Assembly: GCA_963792965.1 (NCBI GenBank)
Contig: CAWBYW010000009.1
Coordinates: 1-64,000 of the forward strand
Direction: 5' to 3'
From: an uncultured delta proteobacterium
Lineage (GTDB): Bacteria; Desulfobacterota; Zymogenia; Zymogenales; Zymogenaceae
Length of the DNA stretch: 64,000 nucleotides
Positions 61,600-64,000 of this stretch are shown here, one piece after another; position 1 is the stretch's first letter; each line of letters begins with the position of its first letter. The notes below the pieces were generated by a model, which searched no databases, was not told the origin of the DNA, and saw only the letters and a program-made list of their open reading frames with translations. Both the position numbers and the translations under genes were made by a program.

Positions 61600-62944
61600 C
61601 TACTTTACGCTCTTCTTGCCCTTTGAAGCCGTCGATCCGTCGTCCTTCTCCGCCCGCACCTTCGCGATGCGGTTTTGCTCAACGTCGATGACGGTGAACT
61701 TGTAGCCGTCCTGGTGAATCACCTCTCCCCCCTTCGGCATCGCCTGGAGGCGGGAAAGAATCATCCCCGCGATCGTCTCGTACGCCTCCGAGTCGGTAAG
61801 GGTAAGGCCCCAGATGTTGATCAGATCGCGGATCGATGTAGAGCCGTCGATGACGAACGTGCCGTCCTTGAATTTCTTTACCATATCGCCCGGGCCTACC
61901 TTACTCTCGTCCTCGATTTCTCCGACGATCTCCTCGAAGAGGTCCTCCATCGTTACCAGGCCCGAGATACCGCCGTATTCATCCACGACCAGGGCCAGGT
62001 GCATCCTCTTGGTCTGCATCTCCTTGAGGAGGTCCGAGATGAGCTTGAACTCCGGGACGAAATAGGGGGGAAGCACGATCTCCTTGATCTTGAAGGGCCG
62101 CCTGCTCACGATCCGGCTCAGAACCTCTTTACTGTTGAGAACCCCCACGATCTTGTCGAGGTTTCCGTCGTAGACCGGGGTAGCGGGTAAACCCCTTCTC
62201 GACGATGAACTTGAGGACCTCGTTCTTGCCCCACTCGATATCCACGGCCATGATCTTCGGGTGGGGTACCATGACCTCCTTCACGTGACGGTCGGCAAAG
62301 TCGAAGATCGAGTGGATCAGCTCGTGCTCGGTCTCGTCGATGACCCCCTTTTCCTCTCCTTCCTTGAGGATCTGGAGGATCTCCTCCTCGGTGATGAATG
62401 ACGAATCGGTCTTCTTGGCCAGTCCCATCATGCTCAGCACAAAGTGGTTGGAGAGGGTCAGGAACCTGACCGCGGGGTAAGCCGCCTTCGAGAGGAAGTT
62501 GATCGGGCCGGAGACGACGAGGGCGATCTTTTCCGAATACCTGATGGCGAGCGATTTGGGAACGAGCTCCCCGACCACGAGCGTAAAATAGGAGATCAGC
62601 ACCACCACGATTATGATGGAAATGGCCTCTGCCGAGCCGGAGATAAACGAGACGGGAATCCTCTCTATGAGGCCCGGCAGAAAGTGCACCGCCGCCGCGC
62701 CCCCGACGGCGGACGCCAAGGATGCGACCAGCGTCACCCCGATCTGCGTGGTGGAGAGAAATTTCTCCGGGTCTTCCTTCAACGACAAGAGATCGGCCGC
62801 GCCGGGCTTCTTCTGTTCCACCAGCGACTTGACGCGGCTCTTGCGGGAGGTGATGATCGCGATCTCCGACCCGGCGAAGAACCCGTTGATGATGATGAGG
62901 GCAAAGATCAATATGACTTCAAGTATGAACGTTTCGGTAGACAT
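61600..62944 (-). CDS. CNNM/CBS/CorC hemolysin-family protein, frameshift near 62150-62180
   Basis: [23 protein letters not shown] and [25 protein letters not shown]. Confidence 0.9.
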
Positions 62945-62999
62945 CGTTATCCCTTACTATATATATATAAAGGAGCGCCGCCGGGCGCGGGGCCGCCCG

Positions 63000-64000
63000 C
63001 TATCCCTCAATAGCGGCGCTGCGCAGGGCCCGGCTTGTGGCCGTCAACCCCGTTATGGCCAGGAGCGCCGTCCCCGCCGCGAAGAAGATGACTGTGAGCC
63101 CCGCGTGGGCCAACAGGCCCGTCAGCGCGTACGAGATCGGCTCAAAGCCGATCGCCGCCACCGCGGTGATCCCCATGATGCGCCCCCGCATCCCCTCTCC
63201 CGACTGGATCTGGAGCCAGGTGGTGATGATTACTTCTATCCATCCGTTGGAGACCCCCGTCACGAAATTGACGAGAAGAACCACGATGAGAGGCGGAAGC
63301 AGCCCGAAGATGAGCATACCCGTCCCCATGACGACGCCGGCGGTGATCAGCGCCGCTCCCGCCCGGCGTATGACCGAGACTCCCGCGACCAGGGCGCCGA
63401 TAAAGCCGCCCAGCCCCCATGCCGATATGATCAAACCAAAGGACCGCGCCCCGGAGAAGTGCGTGTCGGCCATGATGCTGCCGCCGATTATCACCGGTCC
63501 GATGAGCGTAAGGTTGATCCCCGCAAGCAACACGATGACGGCCCGAACGGAACGATTGCGCCACGAATAGGCAAATCCCTCGCGTATTTCCCCCAGAAAG
63601 TCGCGGCAGCCGCGCATCGGTTTGGTATGGTCGGATAGGGCCTCGTCCCCCCTAATGCGGATAAACGCCATCACCGAAAGACAGGCGGCGACCACGCTTA
63701 CGGCAAGCGCCGTGCCGGTGCCGAAATATCCGACGACCAGACCCGAAAGCCCCGGCCCGACGACGGTCGTCATGTAGGTCATGAGGCTGAAGACCGAGTT
63801 TGCGGAGTTCAGGTTCGCGGTGTCGACGACCCGGGGAATCAGCACGTTTGCCGCCGGATAGGCTATCGGATCCACGATGCCCAAAAGCATCGCGACGGCG
63901 TAGAGGTGCCATATGTGGACTGACCCGGTAAAGACAAGGGCCGCGAGCCCCGCGGTGATAATGGCGTCGCCTGAGCTGGAAAAGATCAATATTGCCTTCG
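63000..64000 (-). CDS. MFS transporter (DHA3-like); 5' end outside the window
   Basis: Multi-TM; PAANVLIPRVV, REGFAYS and GMRGRIMG. Confidence 0.85.
   Translation of the reverse strand, partial: KAILIFSSSGDAIITAGLAALVFTGSVHIWHLYAVAMLLGIVDPIAYPAANVLIPRVVDTANLNSANSVFSLMTYMTTVVGPGLSGLVVGYFGTGTALAVSVVAACLSVMAFIRIRGDEALSDHTKPMRGCRDFLGEIREGFAYSWRNRSVRAVIVLLAGINLTLIGPVIIGGSIMADTHFSGARSFGLIISAWGLGGFIGALVAGVSVIRRAGAALITAGVVMGTGMLIFGLLPPLIVVLLVNFVTGVSNGWIEVIITTWLQIQSGEGMRGRIMGITAVAAIGFEPISYALTGLLAHAGLTVIFFAAGTALLAITGLTATSRALRSAAIEG

Overview
GC-rich bacterial chromosome segment. Gene content and order (bamA with an extra N-terminal domain, ahb-type gene, ppdK next to glyQS) suggest a Desulfobacterota/deltaproteobacterial anaerobe (inference). 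Many single-base indels break conserved genes (lpxA, alr, waaF, porin), most likely long-read consensus errors. Main content: a frameshifted porin, DUF898, ppdK, glyS/glyQ and alr; a ~25 kb minus-strand envelope cluster (lysS-lolE-cNMP protein-lolD-bamA-skp-lpxD-fabZ-lpxA-gnnA-like-lpxB-GT9-ArnT-like-2xPAP2-GT2-msbA-GT2-YdjC-PAP2/kdtA-lpxK-gmhB-Trm112-waaF); then mixed metabolic and transport genes. The standout is an AT-rich variable locus at ~40.7-48.1 kb. Two stacked units each start in a khpA gene, carry a near-identical 83-aa ORF and a serine-recombinase N-terminal stub, hold different cargo (unknown ORF versus PIN, TPR lipoprotein and pYEATS), and end in a displaced copy of the 3' end of a downstream SH3-like gene. 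Other notable items: two REPIN-like palindromes, a DUF374/LpxJ fusion to a degenerate HEPN domain, a PAP2-KdtA fusion, and a candidate lipid A hexosamine-modification module. All family calls come from motif recognition by eye; no database searches were run.
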